Shown here: one piece after another, positions 1 through 12,601 of the stretch
How positions within the stretch are numbered: the stretch's first letter is position 1
Layout of the letters: each line of letters begins with the position of its first letter
DNA from: Escherichia coli
GTDB taxonomy: Bacteria > Pseudomonadota > Gammaproteobacteria > Enterobacterales > Enterobacteriaceae
DNA: 64,000 nucleotides
Assembly (NCBI RefSeq): GCF_003334335.1
Contig: NZ_QOWQ01000002.1
Reading direction: 5' to 3' (one strand)
Made by a program: the position numbers and the translations under genes
The notes under the pieces: model-generated
The model's database searches: none
Told to the model about the DNA's origin: nothing
The model's input: the letters and a program-made list of their open reading frames with translations, nothing else

Positions 1-273
1 CTGGATATGGGCCTTGTGAACACCGTGGTACCGCTGGCGGATCTGGAAAAAGAAACCGTCCGTTGGTGCCGCGAAATGCTGCAAAACAGCCCGATGGCGC
101 TGCGCTGCCTGAAAGCTGCACTGAACGCCGACTGTGACGGGCAGGCGGGGCTGCAGGAGCTGGCGGGCAACGCCACCATGCTGTTCTACATGACGGAAGA
201 AGGTCAGGAAGGTCGCAACGCCTTCAACCAGAAACGTCAGCCTGACTTCAGCAAATTCAAACGGAATCCGTAA
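1..273 (+). CDS. menB: 1,4-dihydroxy-2-naphthoyl-CoA synthase, 3' end only (partial, runs off window start)
   Basis: In-frame ORF from position 1; C-terminus ...[16 protein letters not shown] recognised as MenB; followed by menC and menE. Confidence 0.9.
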
Positions 274-1235
274 TGCGTAGCGCGCAGGTATACCGCTGGC
301 AGATCCCCATGGACGCGGGGGTGGTTCTGCGCGACAGGCGGTTAAAAACCCGCGACGGGCTGTATGTTTGCCTGCGTGAAGGCGAGCGCGAAGGGTGGGG
401 GGAGATCTCCCCACTGCCGGGCTTCAGTCAGGAAACCTGGGAAGAGGCGCAAAGTGTGCTGCTTGCCTGGGTAAATAACTGGCTGGCAGGCGATTGCGAG
501 CTACCGCAGATGCCTTCCGTGGCCTTTGGCGTAAGCTGTGCATTGGCAGAACTGACAGATACGTTGCCGCAAGCAGCCAACTACCGTGCGGCACCGCTGT
601 GTAATGGCGATCCGGACGATCTGATCCTCAAACTTGCAGATATGCCAGGCGAGAAAGTGGCGAAGGTCAAAGTGGGATTGTACGAAGCGGTGCGCGACGG
701 CATGGTGGTGAATCTGTTGCTGGAGGCAATTCCGGATCTGCATTTGCGTCTTGACGCAAATCGCGCCTGGACACCGCTGAAAGGTCAGCAGTTTGCCAAA
801 TACGTTAACCCGGATTATCGCGACCGCATCGCGTTTCTCGAAGAGCCGTGCAAAACCCGCGATGATTCGCGAGCGTTTGCCCGTGAAACCGGCATTGCCA
901 TTGCCTGGGATGAAAGCCTGCGCGAGCCGGATTTTGCCTTTGTGGCTGAAGAGGGCGTGCGCGCGGTAGTTATCAAACCCACGCTCACGGGCAGTCTGGA
1001 AAAAGTACGCGAGCAGGTACAGGCGGCGCACGCGCTGGGGCTGACGGCGGTGATCAGTTCTTCCATTGAATCGAGCTTAGGCTTAACGCAACTGGCGCGG
1101 ATTGCCGCCTGGTTAACGCCGGACACCATTCCAGGGCTGGACACGCTGGATCTGATGCAGGCGCAGCAGGTACGTCGCTGGCCGGGTAGCACGCTGCCTG
1201 TCGTGGAAGTTGATGCACTGGAGCGGTTGTTATGA
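273..1235 (+). CDS. menC: o-succinylbenzoate synthase
   Basis: 320-aa ORF recognised as MenC (enolase superfamily); start ATG overlaps menB stop by 1 nt (TAATG). Confidence 0.93.
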
Positions 1236-2587
1236 TCTTCTCTGACTGGCCGTGGCGTCACTGGCGGCAAGTGCGGGGAGAAACCATCGCCTTACGTCTT
1301 AATGACGAGCAACTCAACTGGCGCGAGCTTTGTGCTCGCGTCGATGAATTAGCCTCCGGATTTGCGGTGCAGGGGGTGGTTGAGGGCAGCGGCGTGATGT
1401 TGCGGGCGTGGAATACGCCGCAAACGCTGCTCGCCTGGCTGGCGTTACTGCAATGCGGGGCGCGGGTGTTGCCCGTGAACCCTCAGCTGCCGCAACCGTT
1501 GCTTGAAGAATTGCTGCCCAATCTGACGCTGCAATTTGCTCTGGTGCCGGATGGGGAAAACACGTTTCCGGCATTAACGTCGCTGCACATTCAGCTGGTT
1601 GAAGGCGCACATGCCGCTACGTGGCAGCCGACGCGTCTGTGCTCAATGACGTTGACCTCGGGTTCTACCGGTTTGCCGAAAGCCGCTGTCCATACTTATC
1701 AGGCCCATCTTGCCGGTGCGCAAGGTGTGTTATCGCTGATTCCGTTTGGCGATCACGATGATTGGTTGCTCTCTTTACCGCTGTTTCACGTCTCCGGTCA
1801 GGGAATTATGTGGCGCTGGTTATACGCTGGTGCGCGGATGACGGTACGTGATAAACAGCCATTGGAGCAAATGCTGGCAGGCTGTACTCACGCTTCACTG
1901 GTGCCAACACAACTCTGGCGTTTGCTGGTTAACCGTAGTTCCGTTTCCCTGAAAGCGGTGTTACTTGGCGGCGCGGCTATCCCGGTCGAGTTGACGGAAC
2001 AGGCGCGCGAGCAGGGGATTCGTTGCTTTTGCGGCTATGGTCTGACCGAGTTTGCCTCCACGGTGTGTGCGAAAGAAGCCGACGGCCTGGCAGACGTTGG
2101 TTCGCCGCTGCCGGGTCGGGAAGTGAAAATCGTTAATAATGAAGTGTGGCTGCGGGCTGCCAGTATGGCAGAAGGTTACTGGCGTAACGGGCAACTGGTT
2201 TCACTGGTTAATGACGAAGGCTGGTACGCTACGCGCGATCGCGGTGAGATGCATAATGGCAAGCTGACCATTGTCGGACGTTTAGACAATCTATTCTTCA
2301 GTGGCGGAGAGGGTATTCAGCCGGAAGAAGTCGAGCGCGTAATTGCTGCACATCCTGCGGTTTTGCAGGTGTTTATCGTCCCCGTTGCCGACAAGGAGTT
2401 TGGTCATCGACCGGTGGCGGTGATGGAGTATGACCACGAGAGCGTTGATCTTAGTGAATGGGTGAAAGATAAGCTGGCCCGTTTTCAACAACCGGTGCGC
2501 TGGCTAACTCTGCCGCCGGAGCTGAAAAACGGCGGTATTAAAATTTCACGTCAGGCGCTAAAAGAGTGGGTGCAACGTCAGCAATAA
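1232..2587 (+). CDS. menE: o-succinylbenzoate-CoA ligase
   Basis: 451-aa ORF, adenylate-forming enzyme motifs (TSGSTGLPK); ATGA overlap with menC. Confidence 0.93.
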
Positions 2588-2696
2588 TTAACCCTCCGTT
2601 TCACTTCTCATTTCTGCCATTCCATTGCCGTTGATAAAGAGTTTATCTGTTAATCTGTAAATTGATGTGAAAACTCTTAGCAAACAGGATAATGCA

Positions 2697-2963
2697 ATGG
2701 AATGGCTGGTCAAAAAATCGTGCTGCAATAAACAAGATAACAGACATGTACTTATGCTCTGCGATGCTGGCGGCGCGATAAAAATGATCGCCGAAGTGAA
2801 GAGTGACTTCGCCGTGAAAGTGGGGGATTTACTCTCGCCTTTGCAGAATGCGCTTTATTGTATTAATCGTGAAAAGCTGCATACGGTGAAAGTCCTCTCG
2901 GCAAGCAGTTATAGCCCCGATGAGTGGGAACGGCAGTGTAAAGTGGCAGGGAAAACTCAGTAA
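2697..2963 (+). CDS. pmrD: PmrD signal-transduction connector protein
   Basis: ORF 2667..2963 contains [26 protein letters not shown]..., recognised as PmrD (88 aa from the internal Met at 2697). Confidence 0.85.
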   Translation: MEWLVKKSCCNKQDNRHVLMLCDAGGAIKMIAEVKSDFAVKVGDLLSPLQNALYCINREKLHTVKVLSASSYSPDEWERQCKVAGKTQ

Positions 2964-3343
2964 CGTTGTTTTGTCGTGGGCAGGAAAATCAGCATCAACC
3001 CGCTCATAATACAGGCTACTCCCAGTAGTGCTTTCAGCGAAAAAGTCCCTTCCCAGCCGGGAAGTACCATTGAAGCAATCCATACCAGCACATAACTCAT
3101 ACTGAGCAAGGCATAGGCTTTGCTTAGCGCAAGTTTATGAAGCGTTTTATACCAACAAAAAACGGAAAGCAGATAACCCAGCAGCCCGAGTAACAGTATC
3201 CGGGCATCCAGGCCAAAAGCTAACAGAGCCGCGATAAAATCCCATAAGTGCGTCATCGGCGGCAGATGACTCGCCGCAAAACCCAGGCTTAATTGCGCAA
3301 CTGAGGCAATAATGACGCTGAATAATCCCCACATCAGGCCCAT
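2957..3343 (-). CDS. arnF: Undecaprenyl-phosphate-aminoarabinose flippase subunit ArnF
   Basis: C-terminal 128 aa ([15 protein letters not shown]...) of the 222-aa six-frame ORF; the upstream part of that ORF is arnE read in another frame; 4 predicted TM helices. Confidence 0.85.
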   Translation of the reverse strand: MGLMWGLFSVIIASVAQLSLGFAASHLPPMTHLWDFIAALLAFGLDARILLLGLLGYLLSVFCWYKTLHKLALSKAYALLSMSYVLVWIASMVLPGWEGTFSLKALLGVACIMSGLMLIFLPTTKQRY

Positions 3344-3678
3344 TACACCGTACTCCCGAGGATCACAATGCCGCCAATAATGAACGCCACCCCACACCAG
3401 TGACGCGGCGATACCGGTTCGTGCCACAGTTTTACTGCAGCCAGCGTCACCCAGACAAAATTCAGACTTAACATCGGGTAAGCAATGCCTACCGGTACGT
3501 TCTGCAAGACCAGCAGCCAGAGCACCATGGCAAGACCAAGACAAGCCAGCGCCAGTCCCAGCCACAGCACGATATGTTTGCGCCGTTTGTTTATCGCCAC
3601 AAAGCAGGTTGCCTGTTTCTGACACAACTGCCCGGCAACGCTAAGCAAGCTGGCAAAGACTAATGTTAGCCAGATCAT
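3343..3678 (-). CDS. arnE: Undecaprenyl-phosphate-aminoarabinose flippase subunit ArnE
   Basis: 111-aa hydrophobic ORF, small-multidrug-resistance-like; stop overlaps arnF start, start overlaps arnT stop. Confidence 0.88.
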
Positions 3679-5327
3679 TTGGGACGATACTGAATCAGCA
3701 CCAGACGCTCCTGACGATCGATGGCATCTGCGGGCGGAATGGCGAGACTGTTGATATCTTCATCGCGGTCAACCGAAAGCACGAGAGTAATAATCCCCTC
3801 CTGACGATGTTGATTAAGCCAGTTTGCGAACTCATCACCGCTGACAAATCTCCCTTTCGCATCCGGATAATTAAGGCCGTATTTCAACTCACCTGTCTGG
3901 CGATACATGATGATGTCATCGCGTTGCAGGCTCCATGCCAGACCTGCGGCAACACCGACGCTATCAGTAAGAATATAGCGGCTTGGCTGAAGTGATTCTT
4001 GTGTCATCTCGACAAAAAATTGCGGATGTTTTCCTTCCATAACTCTGTCAGGAATTGAAAATCCTACCAGCAACGCCAGCCCCAGCGGGCAAAGCGCGGC
4101 AAAAGGCCAGGTCTTTTCGACGTTTGTTAAGGTGTACCAGCCGAAAAATGCCCATAGCGAAAAAATCGACCAGGCACAAAAGACTTTATAGCTCTCGAAG
4201 GTTTGCCACACCGGCGTGTTCATTGGTCCCCACGGGGAGACCACAAATGTGGCAATAATGCCAGTGACGCCAAAAGCGATGTTAATCCAGCCATTAATCC
4301 GCAGCGCCAGAGGATTATTTTTTGCTGCCAGCAAAGCGTAATGCGCCATCAGCATTGCCAGAGATGCAAAGCAGGAAAGAATATAGGTGGGCAATTTACC
4401 TTTAGCGACGGAGAAAAACAGCAGCGGCATTATCGTCCAGCTCAACAAATAGACGGTTGCGGAATGCTTGCGGTTTTTCCAGCCTGTGTACAGTGCACCG
4501 GGGAGTAATCCCAGCCACGGCAGGCTACCGGCAATGATGACCGGCACGTAGTACCAGAACGGAGCTCTATGTTGGGCATCATCCAGTGCAAAGCGTTGAA
4601 TATGCTCAACCCAGAAAAAATAGTGCCAGAAGTTAGGCTCCCGCTGCGCTATCGCCAGTCCCCAAGGGAGAACCGTCAGTACGCAACTGATAACCGCCAG
4701 CCAGCCGTAAATAAAGAGATCTTTCCAGCGTTTTTGCGTCGCTACCCATGGCAGCACGCTTAATACCGGCACGGCAAGGGCGAGAAAACCTTTGGTCATC
4801 ACCCCCATGCCGCAGGTGATTCCCAGCAGTAAAAATCCTGCGCTTTTGCCTTTCCACGTCTGTGCCTGCATTGCCAGCCAGAAGCTGCACATTCCCGCCA
4901 CCAGCCAGAATGCAATAAACGGATCGAGCACGGCATAAGTGCCGATGGCATAGACAATAAACAATGAGAGATAAATTACTGTGGCGAGTAGAGCCAGACG
5001 TTTATCGCGCCATAAGCGCAGAGTAAACCAGGTCACCAGCGCGGCAGTTAACAGGGTCGCAAAGATAACGCCTGCCCGCACACCAAAGTTATTCGCGCCA
5101 AATAGCCATTGCCCAATGCTGTTAATCCAGTATCCGGCAATGGTTTTTTCGAAATAACGTAGCCCTAACAGATGGGGCACAATCCAGTCGCCGGATGCCA
5201 GCATTTCTCGACTGATTTCCGCATAACGCGTTTCATCGGGTTGCCAGAGCAGACGCGTGCTGATCGGTAACAGGTAATAGCAGGCAATAAACGCGAAGAG
5301 GCCGATAAGGTAACGTACCGATTTCAT
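3675..5327 (-). CDS. arnT: Undecaprenyl phosphate-alpha-4-amino-4-deoxy-L-arabinose arabinosyl transferase
   Basis: 550-aa polytopic membrane protein ORF in the arn operon position. Confidence 0.93.
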
Positions 5328-6217
5328 CAGCGACTACCCGCAATTTGTTGGCAACCCAGCCAGCCTTCACGTCCGGCAATATTTCCGCGAACAACTTGTC
5401 CGAGCGGCAACGTCTCTGATAACAGTTCGCTTAAAGGGCAAAATGTCACGCCTTCCTGAGCTGCGCGTTTGAGGAGATCCACAAAATTATGCTGATAAGC
5501 GCAGCCTTCAACTTCTGCATGAATGGTATAAACCGGCGTGCCTTTATCTCGCAGGATGCGGTTGAGTAACCAACCGTTAAAATCTTCTGCTTTCACATCC
5601 CGACCAATCACTTCATCCCAGGTGGGTAAGGTCACCGGAATTTGCGCAGTGCCAGGGTTTCCTGATTCGAGCAATGGACGGAACGGCATGGCCCCACGAC
5701 AATCGCTGTTGTAGCGCAAATGGAACGCTTCTTTTGCTTCGATCACCTTCTGGTCGGCACGCCAGCCCGCAGCGGCAGAACAGGTTACCGGTTGACCGAT
5801 AATCTCTTCCAGAGTGCGAAGACCGCGTGCAATATCGTCGATCATTGTTTGCCGATCCCAGTTACCGCTACGGGCTTGCCAGGCATGGTGATCCCAGGCG
5901 TGCAGGCCGACTTCGTGATGTTTAGCCGCTTCACGAATGATATCGGCATTGGCATGACCAATCTCTTTACCTGGCCAGGCCGTACCTGCCAGTAAAATAT
6001 CCCAGCCATAAAGCGATGCCGCGTTTGAGCGCAGCATCTTCCACAAAAACTGTGGCTTCACCAGTCGCCAGAGATGGCGGCCCATATTGTCCGGGCCGAC
6101 GCTGAAAAAAATGCTGGCCTGAATATTATGCTTACTCAAGATTTCCAGCAGACGCGGCACGCCTTCACGGGTGCCACGAAAGGTATCGACATCAATGCGT
6201 AAGCCTACTTTGGTCAT
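5327..6217 (-). CDS. arnD: 4-deoxy-4-formamido-L-arabinose-phosphoundecaprenol deformylase
   Basis: 296-aa ORF, polysaccharide-deacetylase-like; operon position. Confidence 0.92.
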
Positions 6218-8195
6218 GATGGTTTATCCGTAAGATCAACGGTGCGCAGGAAGAAATCCAGCGTTTCGTCGATGGTTTCCTGCATATCAATTTTCGGCTC
6301 CCAGTCCAGGCAGCGGTGGGCATTGCGGATGCTCGGTTTACGATGCTCTACGTCCTGATATCCTTTGCCGTAGTAGCTGCTACTTTCGACAACGCGAAAG
6401 CCCGCAAACGGTGGGAAATGATGGCGCAGCGGATGTTTTTCGAAGCTCGCCAGCAGCATCTCGCCCAGTTCCTCAATGCTCGCTTCGTTCTCAGGATTGC
6501 CAATGTTGATAATTTCACCGTCGCAGCGATTTCCCGCATTTTCGATAATGCGGTATAACGCCTCGATACCATCGCGAATATCAGTAAAGCAGCGTTTTTG
6601 TTTTCCGCCATCAATCAGCTTAATCGGTGAACCTTCTACCAGATTGAGAATGAGTTGCGTAATAGCGCGGGAGCTGCCAATTCGCGCTGCATTAAGGTTA
6701 TCCAGTCGTGGTCCCATCCAGTTAAACGGGCGGAAGAGGGTGAACTGTAAACCCTCTTTTTCGCCATAGGCCCAGATCACCCGATCAAGTAATTGTTTTG
6801 ATACCGAATAAATCCAGCGTGGTTTATTCACCGGGCCGACGATTAAATTAGAATGGTCCTCATCGAAGTATTTATCGCTACACATCCCATAAACTTCTGA
6901 AGTTGACGGGAAGATGATTCGCTTACGGTACTTCACGCAGTAGCGGATAATGCGCAGATTCTCTTCAAAATCGAGTTCAAATACGCGCAGCGGGTTGCGG
7001 GTATATTCAATCGGCGTGGCTATCGCCACCAGCGGCAAGACGACATCACATTTTTTGACATGATACTCAATCCATTCGGAATGAATACTGATATCGCCTT
7101 CAACAAAGTGAAAATGCGGATGATTCAGAAAACGGCTTATCGCATCGCTGCCAATATCCAGACCGTAAACTTCATAATGATCTTCGCGCAGCAGGCGTTC
7201 TGTCAGATGGTTGCCAATAAAGCCATTCACCCCGAGGATGAGTACCCGGGTACGGCGTCGGGCGGTGCAGGCAGGCTGGCTATTCAAGCGTGAACCTTGC
7301 ACCAGGCCCAGCGTCTGCGCTAATTGCGAGCCCTGCATAGTAATGCCGTCGCCCGCCTGTCCGGTGACGATTTCCAGCGCGCCATCGCCACAGGCAATCA
7401 GCAGTGGCGCAACAGAAATCACGCTCCCCGGCTGTGCTTTGCTGGCATGAGGATGAACACGCGACGACCAGACGGTGAATTTCTGATTGCCAACATAGCT
7501 GAAGGCACCCGGCCACGGATCGGCAACGGCACGTACCATGTTGTGCAGTACGGATGCCGGTTTATGCCATTCAAGGAAACTGTCATCCGGCGTTCTGCGA
7601 CCAAAACAGGTGGCTTCGTTTTCGCGCTGGGCGATTTCCAGAATATTACCGTGTTTAATGGCGGGTAATGTCTGTTCCAGTAGCTGGCGCGCGGCATGGC
7701 ACAATTTATGATGCAGCGTAATAGCGATATCGTCTGGCGCAATGGCAATGCGCAGTTGCGCCACAATGGCCCCGGCATCGGCACGTTTCACCATTCGGTG
7801 CAATGTAACGCCAGTTTCCGTTTCACCGTTGACCAGCACCCAGTTCAGCGGCGCGCGACCACGATATTTTGGTAACAGCGAACCATGCAGATTAAATGCA
7901 CCTGCGGGAGCGAGCTGCAAAATTTCGTCGTAAATAAGATGGCGATAATAAAAAGAGAAAATCACATCTGGCGACAGTTGGGCAATGCGTTCCACCCACA
8001 GCGGATGATTAACGTTATCCGGCGCATAAACCGGAATGCCTCTTTCCGCCGCCAGACGAGCCACCGAACCATAAAAGGCTTTTTCACCGGGATTATCAGT
8101 ATGGGTAAAAATGGCGCTAATTTCGTAACCGGCAGCCAGCAGGGCTTCAATACCGAGGCATCCCATATCGTGGTAGGCAAAAACGACGGTTTTCA

Positions 8196-8196
<1 letters not shown>
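6214..8196 (-). CDS. arnA: Bifunctional UDP-Ara4N formyltransferase / UDP-glucuronate decarboxylase
   Basis: 660-aa ORF; N-terminal formyltransferase fold ([13 protein letters not shown]...) and C-terminal NAD-dependent decarboxylase domain. Confidence 0.95.
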
Positions 8197-9167
<971 letters not shown>

Positions 9168-10325
9168 TTATTGTCCTGCGAGTTGCTGAAGGGCTGTGAT
9201 GACATGGTCGGCATCGGCGGTAGTCATATCCGGGAACAGCGGCAAAGAACAGATGCGTTCGCTATTCCATTCGGTATTCGGTAACGACAGCGTGGGAAAA
9301 CGCTCGCGATAATATTTTTGTGTGTGAGCGGCGCGGAAATGTAACCCGGTACCAATGCCTCTTTCTTTTAACGCTTCCATCAACGCATCGCGACTGATAC
9401 CACAACGTTGTTCATCGACACGAATAATAAACAGATGCCAGGCGTGAACGTGCGGCCAGGCGGGAAGGCTTAATGGCTGAAAGGGGAGAGCTGCCAGTGC
9501 TTGCTGATATTGCTGGGCAATTTCGCGCCGACGGGTGTTGAGGTGCTCTAATTTGACTAACTGTGTCAGGGCAATCGCGGCGTTAATATCGGTCAGATTG
9601 TACTTATAGCCCGGTGTTAAGACTTCAGCCTGCGGTGCACGGCCCCAGGTTTGTCTGTCATAGGCATCGACACCCAGACCGTGAAATTTCAGCATCCGTA
9701 GCTGGCGGGCAAGGTTTTCATTATCAGTTACAATCAGGCCACCTTCAGCACAGGTAATATTTTTAATGGCATGAAATGAAAAAATAGCGGTACCTTTTGC
9801 GCCAATATGTCGCCCTTTGTAATACGTACCGACGGCATGGGCAGCATCTTCGATAACTGCGATGCCGTAACGTTCGCCAATGGCGCGAATGGCGTCAATA
9901 TCTGCTGGCGCACCGGCATAATGCACCGGAATGATGGCTTTAGTGCGTGGCGTAATGGCTGACTCGATAGCTTCAGGCGTGACCATCAGCGTATCGCGGT
10001 CGACATCCACCATTACCGGCGTTGCACCCAACAAGGAAATCATATTGAGGGTTGAAACCCAGGTCAGGGAAGGCGTAATCACTTCATCGCCCTTGCCAAT
10101 TTTCAACGCCATTAGCGTGATATGCATTCCGGCGGTGGCTGAACTGACCGCGATGGCATGCTGATTTCCCGTCAACTGGCAAAAAGCTTGCTCAAGCGCC
10201 TGATTCTTCGGACCGGTTGTGATCCAACCGGATTCGAGAACCTCTTTAACTGCAGCGAGTTCCTCCACGCCCATTGCTGGTCGCGAAAAAGGCAAAAATT
10301 CTGACATTGCTTTTCCTTCCGCCAT
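9168..10325 (-). CDS. arnB: UDP-4-amino-4-deoxy-L-arabinose--oxoglutarate aminotransferase
   Basis: DegT/PLP aminotransferase ORF; start set at [10 protein letters not shown] (385 aa); the six-frame ORF extends 5 codons further to 10340. Confidence 0.9.
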   Translation of the reverse strand: MAEGKAMSEFLPFSRPAMGVEELAAVKEVLESGWITTGPKNQALEQAFCQLTGNQHAIAVSSATAGMHITLMALKIGKGDEVITPSLTWVSTLNMISLLGATPVMVDVDRDTLMVTPEAIESAITPRTKAIIPVHYAGAPADIDAIRAIGERYGIAVIEDAAHAVGTYYKGRHIGAKGTAIFSFHAIKNITCAEGGLIVTDNENLARQLRMLKFHGLGVDAYDRQTWGRAPQAEVLTPGYKYNLTDINAAIALTQLVKLEHLNTRRREIAQQYQQALAALPFQPLSLPAWPHVHAWHLFIIRVDEQRCGISRDALMEALKERGIGTGLHFRAAHTQKYYRERFPTLSLPNTEWNSERICSLPLFPDMTTADADHVITALQQLAGQ

Positions 10326-10405
10326 TGAATACCTGTCCACTTATATTTGCTATAAAGAGTGTTGTGTATATTTTGCCATTTGGAGCGAAATTTTAAGGAT
10401 AGAAT

Positions 10406-10422
10406 ATTAACTTAACCTTAAG
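10406..10422 (-). promoter_or_regulatory. Candidate PmrA (BasR) box upstream of arnB: CTTAAG-gttaa-GTTAAT on the arnB strand
   Basis: Direct repeat of YTTAAK-like hexamers with 5-bp spacer about 80 bp upstream of the arnB start; matches the known PmrA half-site pattern. Confidence 0.55.
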
Positions 10423-10614
10423 AAACTAATATTAGACGTAAATATTGAAATTTTTATATTTTTTCTTATTTAGGCTTTGCATTTGGCAAAATTTTGAGGC
10501 ATTTTGCCGACATCGTAGGATTTTTAATATTACACCAACTGCGAATTATCGCCAGAAATGTAGCTCAATTTCACGGTAATTGTCTGGTTGCGCTTGTCTA
10601 TAGGTGGAGTTTAC

Positions 10615-11217
10615 GTGTTAGCTTTTTGCCGCTCTTCGTTGAAGTCAAAAAAATATATCATCATTTTACTGGCGCTCGCTGCAATTGCCGGACTGGGTAC
10701 TCATGCCGCCTGGAGTAGCAATGGTTTGCCACGTATCGACAATAAAACACTGGCCAGACTGGCACAGCAGCACCCGGTTGTCGTTTTGTTTCGTCATGCT
10801 GAACGTTGCGACCGTTCAACCAATCAATGCTTGTCAGATAAAACAGGTATTACGGTTAAAGGTACCCAGGATGCCCGTGAACTGGGCAACGCTTTTAGTG
10901 CTGATATCCCTGATTTCGATCTTTATTCCAGTAATACCGTCCGGACCATTCAGTCGGCTACCTGGTTTTCAGCGGGTAAAAAATTGACGGTAGATAAACG
11001 ACTTCTTCAGTGCGGTAATGAGATTTATAGTGCAATTAAGGACTTACAAAGCAAAGCGCCTGATAAAAATATCGTTATTTTCACCCATAATCATTGCCTG
11101 ACATATATTGCTAAAGATAAGCGTGACGCGACATTTAAACCTGATTATCTGGATGGTTTAGTCATGCATGTGGAAAAAGGCAAAGTTTATCTGGATGGGG
11201 AATTCGTTAACCACTAA
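10615..11217 (+). CDS. ais: Lipopolysaccharide core heptose(II)-phosphate phosphatase (aluminium-inducible)
   Basis: ORF contains [23 protein letters not shown]...RHAER (histidine-phosphatase motif); start set at the GTG at 10615 (200 aa); the six-frame ORF begins at a TTG at 10588. Confidence 0.88.
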   Translation: MLAFCRSSLKSKKYIIILLALAAIAGLGTHAAWSSNGLPRIDNKTLARLAQQHPVVVLFRHAERCDRSTNQCLSDKTGITVKGTQDARELGNAFSADIPDFDLYSSNTVRTIQSATWFSAGKKLTVDKRLLQCGNEIYSAIKDLQSKAPDKNIVIFTHNHCLTYIAKDKRDATFKPDYLDGLVMHVEKGKVYLDGEFVNH

Positions 11218-11255
11218 ATTTTCAATCTGACAGCCAGTAATGGCTGTCATCATTG

Positions 11256-11681
11256 TTACAGAAGACCTTTCAAACGTAACGTTTTTCGGGTGGCGACATT
11301 CAAATCATAATGCACCAGATCTTCAGGTTTTACCCACGCGTAGTCCTGAAACTCTTCGTTTATTTTCACTTCTCGGTTGGCAGAAACGCAGTCAAAAATC
11401 AGGTAAATCATATAAATCTCTTCCTTGCGACCATCTGCATACGTCTTGGTGCGAATATCATCGCTGAAGGTCCACGGCGTGATTTCTGTCAAAAGCAGCT
11501 GTTCTCCCAGTTCTTCGCGAATTTCGCGGCGTAGTGCCTCTTCAATTCGTTCGCCAGGCTCCACGCCGCCACCCGAAATCGCCCATTGACCGGGGAAAAC
11601 GCCGCGATCGTCGGCCATTTTACACAGCAAATAAGCACCATCATTTTGAATCAAAGGGCATACAATAGTCCGTTGTCGCAC
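11256..11681 (-). CDS. nudI: Nudix nucleoside triphosphatase
   Basis: 141-aa ORF with Nudix box ([23 protein letters not shown]). Confidence 0.92.
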
Positions 11682-11959
11682 AGGGATATTCCTTATAAAT
11701 AAAAAGAAACCATGAGAATACGGTAACTCACAAATATGTGAAAGTGACAGTAATCTCTTTTGCGATGATAACTGTACTTATTATTATTTTTGTGTGTATC
11801 GATAAAGTGTGTTTATTTTTTCGGCATTTAATTATTTAAGAAGTATTTAGTTACAATAAGTGACTAGATCCTTTTTTTCGCTCATTGAATCCTCTGTGCC
11901 AGGCAGTACAATCCCGCAGCTTTGGGAATTTTGATTAATTGCTTGTGGGAAAGGGGATA

Positions 11960-12502
11960 ATGAAAAAAATTGCGCTAGCAGGTCTGGCCGGAATGCTGTT
12001 GGTTTCTGCATCGGTCAATGCAATGAGCATCAGCGGTCAGGCGGGTAAAGAATACACCAATATTGGTGTCGGTTTTGGGACTGAAACGACGGGCCTGGCG
12101 TTAAGCGGTAACTGGACACATAACGACGACGACGGTGATGTCGCTGGCGTGGGGCTGGGGTTGAATCTGCCTCTCGGGCCGTTAATGGCGACCGTTGGCG
12201 GAAAAGGCGTTTACACCAACCCGAATTACGGCGATGAAGGTTATGCCGCAGCGGTAGGAGGTGGTTTGCAGTGGAAAATTGGCAACAGCTTCCGTTTGTT
12301 TGGCGAGTATTACTACTCTCCGGATTCGCTCTCCAGCGGTATTCAAAGTTATGAAGAAGCGAATGCTGGCGCGCGTTACACCATTATGCGTCCAGTCAGT
12401 ATTGAGGCGGGTTATCGCTACCTGAATCTGTCGGGTAAAGACGGTAACCGCGACAACGCCGTGGCTGACGGCCCGTATGTTGGGGTTAACGCCAGTTTCT
12501 GA
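11960..12502 (+). CDS. yfaZ: Outer-membrane protein YfaZ
   Basis: ORF with signal peptide MKKIALAGLAGMLLVSASVNA and beta-strand-rich Gly/Tyr composition; start set at the internal Met (180 aa). Confidence 0.85.
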   Translation: MKKIALAGLAGMLLVSASVNAMSISGQAGKEYTNIGVGFGTETTGLALSGNWTHNDDDGDVAGVGLGLNLPLGPLMATVGGKGVYTNPNYGDEGYAAAVGGGLQWKIGNSFRLFGEYYYSPDSLSSGIQSYEEANAGARYTIMRPVSIEAGYRYLNLSGKDGNRDNAVADGPYVGVNASF

Positions 12503-12601
12503 TCCCTTCCGGCGCGGCATTCTGTCGCGCCATTCAGTTTCTTACTACGCCTTATCTCCCTTTGCGTTATAGTGATTCGATAACAAAAGCAGGAGATAAC
12601 C

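Noticed and set aside
501-1270. Two minus-strand ORFs (176 and 151 aa) inside menC
   Set aside because: Antisense to a recognised gene, no start-site support, Arg/Cys-rich low-complexity translations.
2600-2696. PhoP box upstream of pmrD (GTTTATctgtTAATCT)
   Set aside because: Only a partial match to the TGTTTA-N5-TGTTTA direct repeat; too weak to call from sequence alone.
10588-10614. TTG start for ais giving a 209-aa product
   Set aside because: The downstream GTG at 10615 gives the expected signal-peptide N-terminus MLAFCRSS...; the upstream 9 codons lack ribosome-binding-site support.
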